A stretch of DNA of 64,000 nt from a virus: positions 1-64,000 of IMG/VR virus record IMGVR_UViG_3300042509_001467; one strand, 5' to 3'. Numbering within the stretch: position 1 is the first letter of the stretch; the number at the start of each line of letters is the position of its first letter. Shown one piece after another: positions 46,701 to 55,698 of the stretch. The translations under genes were made by a program, and so were the position numbers. The notes under the pieces were generated by a model that was not told the origin of the DNA, searched no databases, and worked only from the letters and a program-made list of their open reading frames with translations.

Positions 46701-48893
46701 GCGTTATCGCTTGAAACCAAGTCTCGCGGCAGCTCAATCTTCAAGCGCGGGAAGACCTTTGACGACGTTCAGCGTGAGTTCGTAGACATAGCCGAACTAC
46801 CATTTGATGACCCTAAGCGTATCGCAATCAAGGAGAGCGATACCAATATGGGCGAGGCATTGCGTCGGCATGACGATCTAACCCAAGGCGTGAAGCGCAT
46901 GATCGTTCAGGGCAAGATTCTTGACGGTTCAATCAGGGTTGTAGATGAAGAAGGTAACCCAGTCCCGCCGCAAGACGCGGCGGCGTCTGATGCAATGGTT
47001 GACGCGGCGACCGAAGAGTACGGCATCACGGATCGTGGTTACTTCCACCACTCATGGCTTGGCAATACCTCTGTTCACGTTCGTAACGCTGACGGTACGA
47101 CCACTATCATTGGCGACGGGCTAAAAACTTTTACTGAGGCAGAGTTCCTAGCTACCAAGTATGCCAACGAAAACCCAGGATCGCGTATTGAGATTAGGGG
47201 CAGGGATCGGTACTCAACCAGTAGCGGGTTCAAGCCAGAGGTAACCCGTGGCAAATTCTTTGGCAAAGTTGCTGAGGTTAAAAAGAAGCTGATTCAAGAC
47301 CTGCGCGATTCGGGAATGTACGATAGCATTGACGATAGCGGCAACGTCGTGATTGATTTTAACGATATGGCAAAAGATGTGGTCGGCTCGGTCGTCACAA
47401 TCGGCAAGCCGCGCCGCAAGTTCAATAAGGCAACAATGACCCGCGACACCGCGATTAACCCGCTAGGTAAGCAGGGCTACTCCAAGGATTACCGGGCGGT
47501 CATGGATTCGTATATCGCCAACTCTGCCAGGTCGCGTAACCTGACTGAGTTATCTGCGGCTATGAAGCCGCTTATTGACTCTATCAAGTTAAGCCCTGAT
47601 TGGAATGATAAAGCGAAACGCGCCGTGGAGATTTTTGAAGAGAAGGTCATTGGCGACATTTGGGGTACTCCAACCCGTGTAGATGATGCGGTTGCGGATT
47701 TGCTTACAAGCACCGGGCTTGACAAGTTTACGGCTAATCCTACAACGTGGGCGTCTAGCGCATCGGCGGCACTTACCTCATTCCAGTACCTAGCTAGGTT
47801 GCGGTTTAGCCCTAAGCAATGGGCGTTAAACGCCCAGCAAACCCTGCAACTCATTCCTGACATCGGCGGCAAGGCATACAAGGCGGCAGTAAGCGAGGTG
47901 CTTGATAGCTACCGTGGCAAGAATAGCACCGTCAAAGACCTCAAAGATCGGGGTGTTTTATCTGCTGCTGTTCACGCCGAGGACGTGAACCCATTCCGCA
48001 AGGGGTGGAAGTCTACCGACATCAACGCGAATATCTCGGAGTACAACCGCGCTGTTGGCTATGTCGTAGGGCGCAACAAGGCGATTGAGGCTGGGATCAC
48101 TGATCCTGACAAGATTCACGACTCGGGCTTGCAATGGGCTACCCGCGCAGAGGGCGATGCAAGTGTTTACAATAAGCCTGTCGCGTTTCGAGGTCCGATC
48201 AACAAGACGGCAACCCAATTCAAGTCCTTTACTGTTCACCAACTTAGAGACATCTTCCAGATGCAAGAGGGCGAATCCAAGAAGGCGTTCCGCAAACGTG
48301 CCCTTGGCAAACTCGGAATCATCGGGCTTACTGGTGGCGCAAAGGCATTGTCGCCTAGCGCATCTAAGTTCGTTACTGCTTACGCGATGTTCAAACTCAG
48401 CGAGAAACTAACTGAGGCAGGGATTAACGAAGAGTATCAAGACGAGCTATTCGCTACGTTCAACAACGGCTTGCCAGCCGCGTTCGGCGTTGACATCTCT
48501 GGAAGCATGGGGATTCTTGATACCTTTGGGGACAACGTAGTTGAGGTCTTTGGAAGCACTGCCGCAGGTCCAACACTAGGCGCGGTATCTGGGATGATTG
48601 AGCGAAGCTCAATGGGCAAACCTGCCATTGACGGGGTTACACCTTACGCAAAGATGGGAAGGGCTGCAACGGGCATGGATGAGTTCGACTCGCCTTGGGA
48701 GCGCGTCATGCAGACTCTTAATATTCCCTTGATGAAGAAGTCTATCGGCTACAACTACAAGGATGCGAAGAAGGGTGGCGAGTTCGTTAACGCTGTTCTG
48801 AAACCATTCAAGCTATCTATTGATCCCGATGTAGAGAATCGCAAGAAGAAGCGAGAAGTTCGTGCAAAACGTGAGAAGAGAGAGACGCGATAG
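43785..48893 (+). CDS. Large (1702 aa) internal virion/ejection protein with ParB/Srx-like domain
   Basis: IEVDPKMQHR...ITVFRTKDGRNIVGDGHHRL; N-terminus homologous to 1490..10087. Confidence 0.72.
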   Translation: MATPFERTFKIGKAKNYVDAPGASAPAPKVEPKGKPVPIRRDSQANKNPLTREIKRGGGKVRDLATKPGQETFREEVLRQPKYPKQLPENFSTYQVLVQEFDDLDKKVLGFSTAGDINAVPKEIQANPKFQEYWAKRGEMKKGRQQQLDNKRAMMETAATMEQNRQAGMERENLTPEESKAVKESIALPGKVQDVAYGFSRDPEMAGKSDTSLAADSIMYALPDFWGGNMSGLALRAANAGKAYDEIDPGQRAAQTAFNFGASLVGAVAMGGANIGVKAGLNAARAGMTAKGLSGATRAIMEARTLAKGADVSARVARLSNVLGIDAVKAAKLYTTGAAAGRFTLMDLPGYGKMLADNNGDAGKATKMFWDSTFGEFAKFDTLFDPNVPIDQKVATVTGMIGAGLIAVGTSFGAAKGYDHIKQRFVKPEAKGLGSAFDPTIAEPLSLPEPDPVTGDPIKIEPVPATEAVDTLLGKGNLSRIEALSPDDIEVDPKMQHRPMGTNKVGDGTPFNITQADKITVFRTKDGRNIVGDGHHRLEIAKNATEFIKQEPDGTSTPADRTVMAEVLNEADGWTFEQVRNMAAVRNMVGGTISPFEAALAVNRMGLDLDALAKQGLKPHHSMAKEVKGLLNLDPMLLEEMGDSVLGINADPRASRFASAIGTVDGLNPALQREALKNALSDRSNAQTDADAIQIANDVKNGAMTKAVKATQRNIFDDEPEPDIIEVPYDIMNAIRKRVRDTVRGQYNNIVAKLKGDTRGGEVIDVDSRQADKANLGGSAEKAVGRATQAMTSGMWNGGRNPIEAMVGEVAKLVDSGDMTIEAATQQVLDRVLTEITGSDKDVMNRQMKAPDVSRETSAIDDLPDSNITEAQGGLGLFALGGNASPPPVTRVGDSLIVDQTAKPEVGRSFNLQGLTQLQDQLGPNGEIVRQGALSRVFGEIGSRMSRALFDASKRNMDYRAPYIKMLNSVDEALSLETKSRGSSIFKRGKTFDDVQREFVDIAELPFDDPKRIAIKESDTNMGEALRRHDDLTQGVKRMIVQGKILDGSIRVVDEEGNPVPPQDAAASDAMVDAATEEYGITDRGYFHHSWLGNTSVHVRNADGTTTIIGDGLKTFTEAEFLATKYANENPGSRIEIRGRDRYSTSSGFKPEVTRGKFFGKVAEVKKKLIQDLRDSGMYDSIDDSGNVVIDFNDMAKDVVGSVVTIGKPRRKFNKATMTRDTAINPLGKQGYSKDYRAVMDSYIANSARSRNLTELSAAMKPLIDSIKLSPDWNDKAKRAVEIFEEKVIGDIWGTPTRVDDAVADLLTSTGLDKFTANPTTWASSASAALTSFQYLARLRFSPKQWALNAQQTLQLIPDIGGKAYKAAVSEVLDSYRGKNSTVKDLKDRGVLSAAVHAEDVNPFRKGWKSTDINANISEYNRAVGYVVGRNKAIEAGITDPDKIHDSGLQWATRAEGDASVYNKPVAFRGPINKTATQFKSFTVHQLRDIFQMQEGESKKAFRKRALGKLGIIGLTGGAKALSPSASKFVTAYAMFKLSEKLTEAGINEEYQDELFATFNNGLPAAFGVDISGSMGILDTFGDNVVEVFGSTAAGPTLGAVSGMIERSSMGKPAIDGVTPYAKMGRAATGMDEFDSPWERVMQTLNIPLMKKSIGYNYKDAKKGGEFVNAVLKPFKLSIDPDVENRKKKREVRAKREKRETR

Positions 48894-48922
48894 CCGTAGT
48901 ATAATCGTCTTAGGAAACAACT

Positions 48923-49267
48923 ATGCCAACATTTACGTTTGCCGATTTAAGAGAATTGACCGCGCTTGGCGTAGTCTGCCTTATCTTCATACTCATTGGG
49001 TTTGCTACTTACAAGATCATTCTGCCTAAGTTCTTCTCATACCTAGAGACGATGCAGAAGTCAAACACGGATGCGATTAAAGAGGTTCACGCAAAGGTAG
49101 ACGTGACTCTTAGAGAGGTTACTTTGGAGATGCGAACCGCAATGCACGAGGCGGTTAAGACTAGCCAGCAGATCGCAAAGGATAGTCAAGAGTTTACATT
49201 GAAGGTTTTAGATCAAGTCGGTCGGGATCAAAAAGAACAGAAGAAGGAGAAACAAAATGTCAGTTGA
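48923..49267 (+). CDS. Putative holin (single TM plus coiled coil)
   Basis: LGVVCLIFILIGFATY TM segment; charged C-terminus; TATAAT at 48900-48905. Confidence 0.55.
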   Translation: MPTFTFADLRELTALGVVCLIFILIGFATYKIILPKFFSYLETMQKSNTDAIKEVHAKVDVTLREVTLEMRTAMHEAVKTSQQIAKDSQEFTLKVLDQVGRDQKEQKKEKQNVS

Positions 49268-49895
49268 AGATTTAACACTAATTGAAAGGGCTAAGGGTAT
49301 TAACCTAGAAAAGCTCGTGCTTGGAAGCCCTGCGTCATACACGTTTAGCTTCACGCTGTATTTTAATAACAACGAGGCGTCCCTGTCTGACACTATCTCA
49401 GGCAGTGGCGGCACGTACTCAACCCTTGTAGCTATCTGTTCCAGTGCAGGCATTGATGTATCTAAGGTTGACGCCATTGCAATCTCTTCTTCTGGCACTG
49501 TGTACTACAGTGAGGGGCGAGATTCAATCACGGGGGTTGTGACCCCGCTTACCGTAAATGACCAGTCAATTACGGCTGAATCAATCAAGTTTCCGTCATG
49601 CGAGATTAGCGGCGCAAGTAGATACTCTCCAACTATTGCCACGGCTACTGCCGACGGCGCAATGGCTACGGGCGCGTGTAGACTTATGTCGGTTACGGGC
49701 AACGCCTCTGCCGCTTTCTCTTTCATTCTCTACGATAACACGGCGGCATCTGGAACTAACATTCTTGGAACGGTCAACTGCATTGCTGGCGAAAATAAGA
49801 TTGATATTCCAGCAGGGGGCATTGCTATTGCCAACGGGGTCTTCCTTGACATCACTGGAACCGGAACGGTTCGGATAACAACGGTGGCATTGTAA
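49257..49895 (+). CDS. Putative virion protein; two-domain counterpart of 10125..10493 plus 10487..10807
   Basis: C-terminal half homologous to 10487..10807. Confidence 0.65.
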   Translation: MSVEDLTLIERAKGINLEKLVLGSPASYTFSFTLYFNNNEASLSDTISGSGGTYSTLVAICSSAGIDVSKVDAIAISSSGTVYYSEGRDSITGVVTPLTVNDQSITAESIKFPSCEISGASRYSPTIATATADGAMATGACRLMSVTGNASAAFSFILYDNTAASGTNILGTVNCIAGENKIDIPAGGIAIANGVFLDITGTGTVRITTVAL

Positions 49896-49896
49896 C

Positions 49897-51315
49897 ATGG
49901 CTCACGAATTACTCAAGTCTACTCCTGGTCAGGTAAATGGTACAAGTGGTCAACGATTGTTCTCGACCACGGGCAACCTTACGCTTAACGCTGGTAACGG
50001 TGCGTTAACGACGGCGGTAGTGCCTGATGGGTCAGGCGAGACTCTTGTTAGGCTTACTGGCACAACTGCCAACTCCACGGTCGGGATTGACTGTTCAATC
50101 GCGGCGCGTCAATACAAGCCTCCATTTGCGTTCCAGATTTATCTAGATGATGCTCGGGTTCTAGCTGGCGACACGGTAGCCGCGTCTTCTGACTACAACC
50201 AGTGTGATTGTCAGATCAGCTTTGATGACGCAGATGGTACGTATGATGCAAACTCGCACCGTCATATCACAATGCTTACTCGCGGGTGGAACACGATCAT
50301 CGTTGGCAGGAACTATGCGAACGTTGGGGTTCGCGCTGGAACTCTAGGGTCGCGTGAGGCTGGTACAAACGTATTGCACGAGGGCAACGGTACTGGCGGT
50401 GACGCTATGCCGTTTGTGGCTGGCACTGGGGCTGGCGTTGGCGTGACGGGGGCGGCTTACTCTGCATCTCTTTATGACGGCGCAACCGCGCCTCGCAATA
50501 TCAGAATGAGTTTTTCAACCGCTGGCAATAACAACGTTCAGCGCATCTTCTTCAAAGAGATGGTTGACAACTTTGTATGCCAATCTTTGACCTGCAACAT
50601 TTTTGACGACGGGTACGAATCCACGTACACGATTGCCTTCCCGTACATGAGGGCACTTGGGATCGTTGGCGTAGTTCCAGTTATCATCAACAAGGTCGGG
50701 ACGGCTGGGTACATGACCCTAGCGCAACTCCAAGAACTATATGCCGCTGGGTGGGACATCATCCCTCACGGTAACGTTCACCCTACGGCGGTTGAGCAAG
50801 CTGCGTACACGCAAGCTGAGGCTGACGCGGAGATTGCCCTTTGCCGCGACCAGCTTATTGCGTGGGGATTCACTAGGGGTAACGCGCCCTATATCTATGT
50901 ATCGCCGCAAGGCGGCTTTCAGCGCATGGACAATCCAGAGTTCCGAAACGCGCTCACCAATACTGGCATGATCGCATCGTTCGGCACTTCAAACCGCAAC
51001 ACAGGATCATTCCTACTCTCGCCGCACTTTATTCCTCGCATGAACTTTAACACCGTTTCAAGTGTGACGGGTTGGGCTATTGCTGACTTACTTAGTCATT
51101 ATGAGAAGGCTTGTCGCAACGGGATGACTTGCCCGATCATGCTTCACGACATTGTAACGTCTGGGGCTACTACTGGGGTCAAGCTCCTTGACACCGAGTT
51201 TAAGCAACTCATTGATTTACAGTTTAGGCTACAAGAGGCTGGCATCACTAAGGTTGTACCAGTCACTAAGGCAGTCCCGCTACTCTTAGCAACAAGTCAA
51301 AGCATGGCGGCGTAA
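49897..51315 (+). CDS. Polysaccharide deacetylase (CE4/NodB) domain protein
   Basis: IFDDGY, PHGNVH and IMLHD motifs; paralog of 10808..12166. Confidence 0.85.
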   Translation: MAHELLKSTPGQVNGTSGQRLFSTTGNLTLNAGNGALTTAVVPDGSGETLVRLTGTTANSTVGIDCSIAARQYKPPFAFQIYLDDARVLAGDTVAASSDYNQCDCQISFDDADGTYDANSHRHITMLTRGWNTIIVGRNYANVGVRAGTLGSREAGTNVLHEGNGTGGDAMPFVAGTGAGVGVTGAAYSASLYDGATAPRNIRMSFSTAGNNNVQRIFFKEMVDNFVCQSLTCNIFDDGYESTYTIAFPYMRALGIVGVVPVIINKVGTAGYMTLAQLQELYAAGWDIIPHGNVHPTAVEQAAYTQAEADAEIALCRDQLIAWGFTRGNAPYIYVSPQGGFQRMDNPEFRNALTNTGMIASFGTSNRNTGSFLLSPHFIPRMNFNTVSSVTGWAIADLLSHYEKACRNGMTCPIMLHDIVTSGATTGVKLLDTEFKQLIDLQFRLQEAGITKVVPVTKAVPLLLATSQSMAA

Positions 51316-51319
51316 CACC

Positions 51320-52108
51320 ATGAAAGCCTTAGCCTTTGGATGTATCCACCACCCGGTAGCCGATCCAAAGGCTTTGCGGTTTCTACATGACCAGATTGAG
51401 GCGTTTCGACCTGACGTGCTGGTAAACCTAGGAGATTGGTACGACGGTGAGGGATGGTCGCGCTGGGACAATGAGAATCCTTGGACGATCATTGACGAAT
51501 ACCGGGCGGCGCGTGACCATGCAAGGGTACTCAACTCATTCTCCTTCATCCAAAAGAAGGTCTGGCTTTATGGCAACCACGAGGCAAACATCTCGGAGCC
51601 TGGTAGGTTAAAGAAGTCTCAACGCTCCATCGTGGACTGGCAAGATTGGAGTCCCCCAGGCGGGGGGCTTAGGGATGAGGTCAAAGATTGGCACGTCATC
51701 AAGAAGTACGGTTCGAGTGTTCGTTGGAATCTCGGACCTATTTCTTTTGTGCATGGCGTCAAGGCAAACGTTTATTCTGCCAGGGATGAGGCTCGGATGC
51801 ACTGTGTACCCAACGGGTTAACCGTCTCTGCTCACTCGCATAGACCCGTTATGGTGACCCGTGACTCTTTGGCGGGTAACCAACCCGCCGACCTCTGGTT
51901 TGCCAACGTAGGCACTGGGATAGACGTTTCTAAGGCGCGGTACATTCAGCGTTCAAACTATCAGGGGTGGGGCATGGCGGTCTGCTTGATCGAGGTTCAC
52001 TCTACGGACAAGTCGCTGCTGAAAGAAGGGCGGCGCGGGTACATGACCAAGATATGGGATGCAAAGACGGAGATACTAGGTATCCAGCGCGATAGGCTAA
52101 GAGCATGA
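51320..52108 (+). CDS. Calcineurin-like metallophosphoesterase
   Basis: CIH (for DxH), GDWYD, GNHE, VHG and AHSH motifs. Confidence 0.85.
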   Translation: MKALAFGCIHHPVADPKALRFLHDQIEAFRPDVLVNLGDWYDGEGWSRWDNENPWTIIDEYRAARDHARVLNSFSFIQKKVWLYGNHEANISEPGRLKKSQRSIVDWQDWSPPGGGLRDEVKDWHVIKKYGSSVRWNLGPISFVHGVKANVYSARDEARMHCVPNGLTVSAHSHRPVMVTRDSLAGNQPADLWFANVGTGIDVSKARYIQRSNYQGWGMAVCLIEVHSTDKSLLKEGRRGYMTKIWDAKTEILGIQRDRLRA

Positions 52109-52830
52109 AGACAATCACCGTCCGCAAGGCAAACGAGATCATCGCTCGGTACGACGGCTTTCTAGGCTTAGAGATACCCGAGCTAATTGTGCCGACGCCT
52201 GATCCTGTAGGCTGGTCCGACAAGGAGATTCTAGTGCCGTGTGGCTTTACGGGTTCGCTCTTCTTCCAGTCTGAGGGCGTCAATGCTTCCATCGGATCAT
52301 CCAAGCGAAAGAAGCATAAGAAGGACGAGGAAAAGAATGCATATCTCGACGGGCTGAACCTTGAAGCGGTCATGGAGCGCGGCATGGTCTTTGCTCAGAA
52401 CGTCGCTCATTCATTCTTTGACATCACCGTTTGCGGGCGCGAGGAAATAGGTACGGGAATCAAGTTAGAGAATTGCCAGTCTTTGGTTCTGTGCGGGTCG
52501 CTGACGAACATCGGCATACAAGACCCATACAAGACAGGGCAGGGGTACGGGATCATCGTACAGGACTGCTTGGCGTGCATCATCCATGACGTAGAAATCC
52601 GTGGCGCGAGGTACGGCGTCTCCTTTACTGGCTCCGGTGAGGCAAATACGGCGGTGAATATCTTTGGTGAGGTGTTGGTTGCGCTCGTGGACTTCCATAG
52701 TGGCAAGCACCTACGCCCATTCGTTGCTGGTGTGGCTACGATCAAGGACGGCAACGAGACGTTCGGCGGTGGTTCGGTGGAAGGTCAGTTCTACGGCTAC
52801 GAGGAATTGCGGCGGGTTGAGAAGGTTTGA
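52105..52830 (+). CDS. Hypothetical protein, possible beta-helix (paralog of 12999..13733)
   Basis: Only about a dozen amino-acid differences from copy 1. Confidence 0.6.
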   Translation: MKTITVRKANEIIARYDGFLGLEIPELIVPTPDPVGWSDKEILVPCGFTGSLFFQSEGVNASIGSSKRKKHKKDEEKNAYLDGLNLEAVMERGMVFAQNVAHSFFDITVCGREEIGTGIKLENCQSLVLCGSLTNIGIQDPYKTGQGYGIIVQDCLACIIHDVEIRGARYGVSFTGSGEANTAVNIFGEVLVALVDFHSGKHLRPFVAGVATIKDGNETFGGGSVEGQFYGYEELRRVEKV

Positions 52831-52940
52831 GTTGTTCGGGATTTCCGAATAAGTGAATTCTCTTTACATATCGCGGATGACGTGCATAGGAAATGGCGGT
52901 TTCTTATACACGTCGGCGGCTCAATCGCCTCAGTATATAG

Positions 52941-53177
52941 TTACCCAAAGTTGTCAGGGTGCCCCGCTACGCCAAAGTAACTATCATAGTCAGCATCTGT
53001 CATGTCCATCTCGTTAATAGCCTCGTTGAGTTCTGCAAGTTCATCTTTGTTTAGCTTAAAATCTGTGAAATTGTGTAACCAAGATGCGTAACTAGGATTC
53101 GCTATGCATATCTCCCCTACTTCATAACCTTTGTATTTGCCAAATGGCATAATCCTATCTTTTTTGACTGCGTTCAT
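52941..53177 (-). CDS. Small MPFGKYKG-domain protein occupying the mom slot
   Basis: MPFGKYKG...PSYASWL motif; duplicated RBS unit at 53177-53213. Confidence 0.7.
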   Translation of the reverse strand: MNAVKKDRIMPFGKYKGYEVGEICIANPSYASWLHNFTDFKLNKDELAELNEAINEMDMTDADYDSYFGVAGHPDNFG

Positions 53178-53253
53178 TGTTCGACCTCTTTTCTGGGTTG
53201 TTCGACCTCTTTTGGAGGTTTGTTTCTCGTCGGTCGTGGGGCAAAAGCCCATG

Positions 53254-53982
53254 TCAAATGTCCACCTGTGGGGGTGGGTTGGTTAAATCTGCTATGGCTT
53301 GGAGGATGGGGAATGCTTGGGTTGGCGAAACCGCGTTCCCTAAAGCCTCTAATCGTCGTCGTCGATACTTGTCCAGCCCTCGGGGAATCCCATCATGCGT
53401 TCGTACATCCACGGCTCCAAGGTTTCTCCAAAGGTGTCTCTGAAATTCCGACAGCATTGGTGCTTCATCATTGATTGGCAAAGCAAATTGCTCGTCCTGG
53501 TCGGAGTGTGCAACCACCCAGATACGCTTCCGTTTATGGGTAGCTCCGGTGCTTGCGCTTGATAATACAATCGTTGTTGCGCGGTAGCCAATTCCTTCCA
53601 GGTCGGACAGAACCCGATCAAGTCCTCGATGTATGAGCTGATGCACGTTCTCAATAAGTACCCAATTTGGTCTGCATTCGGTAGCAATTCGGATGATTTC
53701 TCGGTAAAGCCCTGACCGCTCTCCATCAACACCTTTTCCTGTCCTGTTTGCTGTTGAAATGTCTTGACAAGGTGACCCGCCTGAAAGCAGGGTGACTCGT
53801 CCCAAAAAAGGCTCTCCATTGAAAGTTGTAACATCGTCGTAAATGGGTACGCCTGGAAAGTTCTTTGCGAGAACCTTCTGGCAGTATTCGTCGCGCTCGA
53901 CTAGAGCAATGGTAGAGTATCCAGCCCAATGGGCTGCAAGATCGATTCCGCCTATTCCTGAGAATAATGAAAGGTGCGTCAA
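53254..53982 (-). CDS. C5 DNA cytosine methyltransferase alpha chain (intact)
   Basis: LFSGIGG, GGSPCQ, IENV, HKRKRIW and LGNAV motifs. Confidence 0.93.
   Translation of the reverse strand: MTHLSLFSGIGGIDLAAHWAGYSTIALVERDEYCQKVLAKNFPGVPIYDDVTTFNGEPFLGRVTLLSGGSPCQDISTANRTGKGVDGERSGLYREIIRIATECRPNWVLIENVHQLIHRGLDRVLSDLEGIGYRATTIVLSSASTGATHKRKRIWVVAHSDQDEQFALPINDEAPMLSEFQRHLWRNLGAVDVRTHDGIPRGLDKYRRRRLEALGNAVSPTQAFPILQAIADLTNPPPQVDI
53349..53834 (-). CDS. C5 methyltransferase beta chain in an overlapping frame
   Basis: WLHTPT and PWMYERMMGFPEGWT; start uncertain. Confidence 0.75.
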   Translation of the reverse strand: MLQLSMESLFWDESPCFQAGHLVKTFQQQTGQEKVLMESGQGFTEKSSELLPNADQIGYLLRTCISSYIEDLIGFCPTWKELATAQQRLYYQAQAPELPINGSVSGWLHTPTRTSNLLCQSMMKHQCCRNFRDTFGETLEPWMYERMMGFPEGWTSIDDDD

Positions 53983-54194
53983 ACGTCTACCTCCAAGCGG
54001 GTAAACCTGGTTGGGAATACTGTTGGGAATATCGCCGCTGAGTTCGTAGAATACACCGTTTTGGTGCAGATTTCTACCTGATTTTGTGGCGTGTTGAGGC
54101 TAAATCCTTTCGGACTTAAAATCCGTTGTTTTTCACGTCGCTTCCGAAGTGGAAGCGCATTAAATCCTCGTAAATCTGCGGTGCTGAATTGCAT
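53979..54194 (-). CDS. Leader ORF upstream of the methyltransferase
   Basis: MQFSTADLRGFN shared with 16029..16103; stop overlaps the MTase start. Confidence 0.5.
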   Translation of the reverse strand: MQFSTADLRGFNALPLRKRREKQRILSPKGFSLNTPQNQVEICTKTVYSTNSAAIFPTVFPTRFTRLEVDV

Positions 54195-54197
54195 GAG

Positions 54198-54425
54198 TTA
54201 GGCTGATTCCTCCTTTGACTTGTCCTTCGATGCGTCGTAGTAGGCTACAAAGCAATCACTCTTTCGGTACTCGCGCTTGTACAGCACCATGCCGTCATCG
54301 TAAATGACAACCCCGGTCATCGGATTCTTTTTGGGGTCGTCCAGATGATCCATGTACCACTTCCCGATGCGAGTAAGCGCAATGTACTGGGGGTAGCCAT
54401 CCCGAACGTCAACGGTGATCTTCAC
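54198..54425 (-). CDS. Hypothetical protein (paralog of 16107..16334)
   Basis: Sequence similarity. Confidence 0.7.
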   Translation of the reverse strand: MKITVDVRDGYPQYIALTRIGKWYMDHLDDPKKNPMTGVVIYDDGMVLYKREYRKSDCFVAYYDASKDKSKEESA

Positions 54426-54886
54426 GCCTCTTCCCTCCCGGCTTCTGCCAACAAGTCAGCGATTGACTGGGCGGCGCGTTTGGCTCGTTCGGGGGTGCGA
54501 AAGTCTAGCTCGACTCTTTGCCCGTCGTTCTGAATCAATAGCGATGAAGGTGCATCGTCAAATATCCTGAACGCTTCCCACGTTCTAATAAACGCAACGC
54601 TCCACTCGCACTTTGGGCAATACTCCCACTCCAACTCAGGGAAGAGTTCGGCGAATGTGAAGGTGGCTACGGTTCCAAAATTATTCTCAAATGGATCAGA
54701 GACATAAACATTTACACTGCCAGGAAAGATATGCAGATGCGAGTCTTCATCTAGGCTAATGCCGGGGTCTACGCCATGGCTCAAAGATTCCCTCCCAACC
54801 CCAGCCGCATCCAGCGCACGTTGCACTTTCAGCAGGAGGGTTGCTCGCTCTTGTGTTTCTAAATTATTCATCTTCGTTATCTCCAA
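54422..54886 (-). CDS. Hypothetical protein
   Basis: Replaces 16331..16543 at the syntenic position. Confidence 0.6.
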   Translation of the reverse strand: MEITKMNNLETQERATLLLKVQRALDAAGVGRESLSHGVDPGISLDEDSHLHIFPGSVNVYVSDPFENNFGTVATFTFAELFPELEWEYCPKCEWSVAFIRTWEAFRIFDDAPSSLLIQNDGQRVELDFRTPERAKRAAQSIADLLAEAGREEA

Positions 54887-54897
54887 ACCCCGTCAAG

Positions 54898-55399
54898 CCA
54901 AGGGTGGTCGGCGTAAATGGTCAGGAACGCGGCGACTAGTCCAATGTAAAGGAGTGCCAGCGCGAATTTGCCGGGGCGTGTTAGGTAGGTCATTCGGATA
55001 CCTCTGCTGGCTTTTGGGTCTGGAGCGTCGCAAGGTGGAATTCTTGGCATATTGCATGGCAACTTTCGCGCAAAGATTCATCCCAGTTAGTCCCAGCGAT
55101 CATCTGTGAAGGCTTATGACAATCCGGGTCTTGCACTCGCATGATGTCCTTCTCAACTAAGTCAAGTACTTTCTTTGCGGATTCTTCGGTATCCTCCACA
55201 ATCCGCGTTGGGTAGCTTTGACGCAAGAATCTAAGGGCTAGATTCCGGTCGCAAGTTGCAAATTGAAATTCATTTTTCATCGTCTAAAAATTCCTCTGAT
55301 CCGTTGCCAGATCGTTTGTCGTCGTAGCTCACCGTAGGCGTTGCCGCCGTAAATGTCCGGGCGGTCGCTCATTCGTGGTCCGTTGTACTTCTTGGCGGC
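54898..55399. repeat. 502-bp direct repeat, copy 2
   Basis: Matches 16561-17062. Confidence 0.92.
54990..55280 (-). CDS. Hypothetical protein (identical to 16653..16943)
   Basis: Identical translation. Confidence 0.7.
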   Translation of the reverse strand: MKNEFQFATCDRNLALRFLRQSYPTRIVEDTEESAKKVLDLVEKDIMRVQDPDCHKPSQMIAGTNWDESLRESCHAICQEFHLATLQTQKPAEVSE

Positions 55400-55468
55400 G
55401 GTGATGGCGTCCTCTAGCCCGGATTCTCTTTGGGCTTTTGCGCTTGCTTGCGATAATGTCTCCTTCAT
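55277..55468 (-). CDS. Hypothetical protein
   Basis: Paralog of 16940..17122. Confidence 0.65.
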   Translation of the reverse strand: MKETLSQASAKAQRESGLEDAITAAKKYNGPRMSDRPDIYGGNAYGELRRQTIWQRIRGIFRR

Positions 55469-55698
55469 GCTCTTAACCTCTCTGCTTGCTCTAATTCTTT
55501 CTGGTGCGCCTTTGCAAGTGCTTCAAGGACAATGTTTTGAGTGTTAATGTCCCATTCAACGTGGTCAAAAAGGCTTGGAGCGACGATTTGCTGAATCACA
55601 AACCCAATCACTGCATCGCTTGGCTCTCGGATTGAACACTCGTCTAACTTGCCCCAGATGGTTGCCTCTAGCTCTGTTGCGGTGTATGTGCCAATCAT
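55465..55698 (-). CDS. Hypothetical protein
   Basis: Paralog of 17119..17340. Confidence 0.7.
   Translation of the reverse strand: MIGTYTATELEATIWGKLDECSIREPSDAVIGFVIQQIVAPSLFDHVEWDINTQNIVLEALAKAHQKELEQAERLRA

Noticed and set aside
53177-53213. Tandem TTGTTCGACCTCTTTT duplication as a regulatory array
   Set aside because: Only two copies, duplicating the RBS; most simply a local slippage or cassette-insertion scar.
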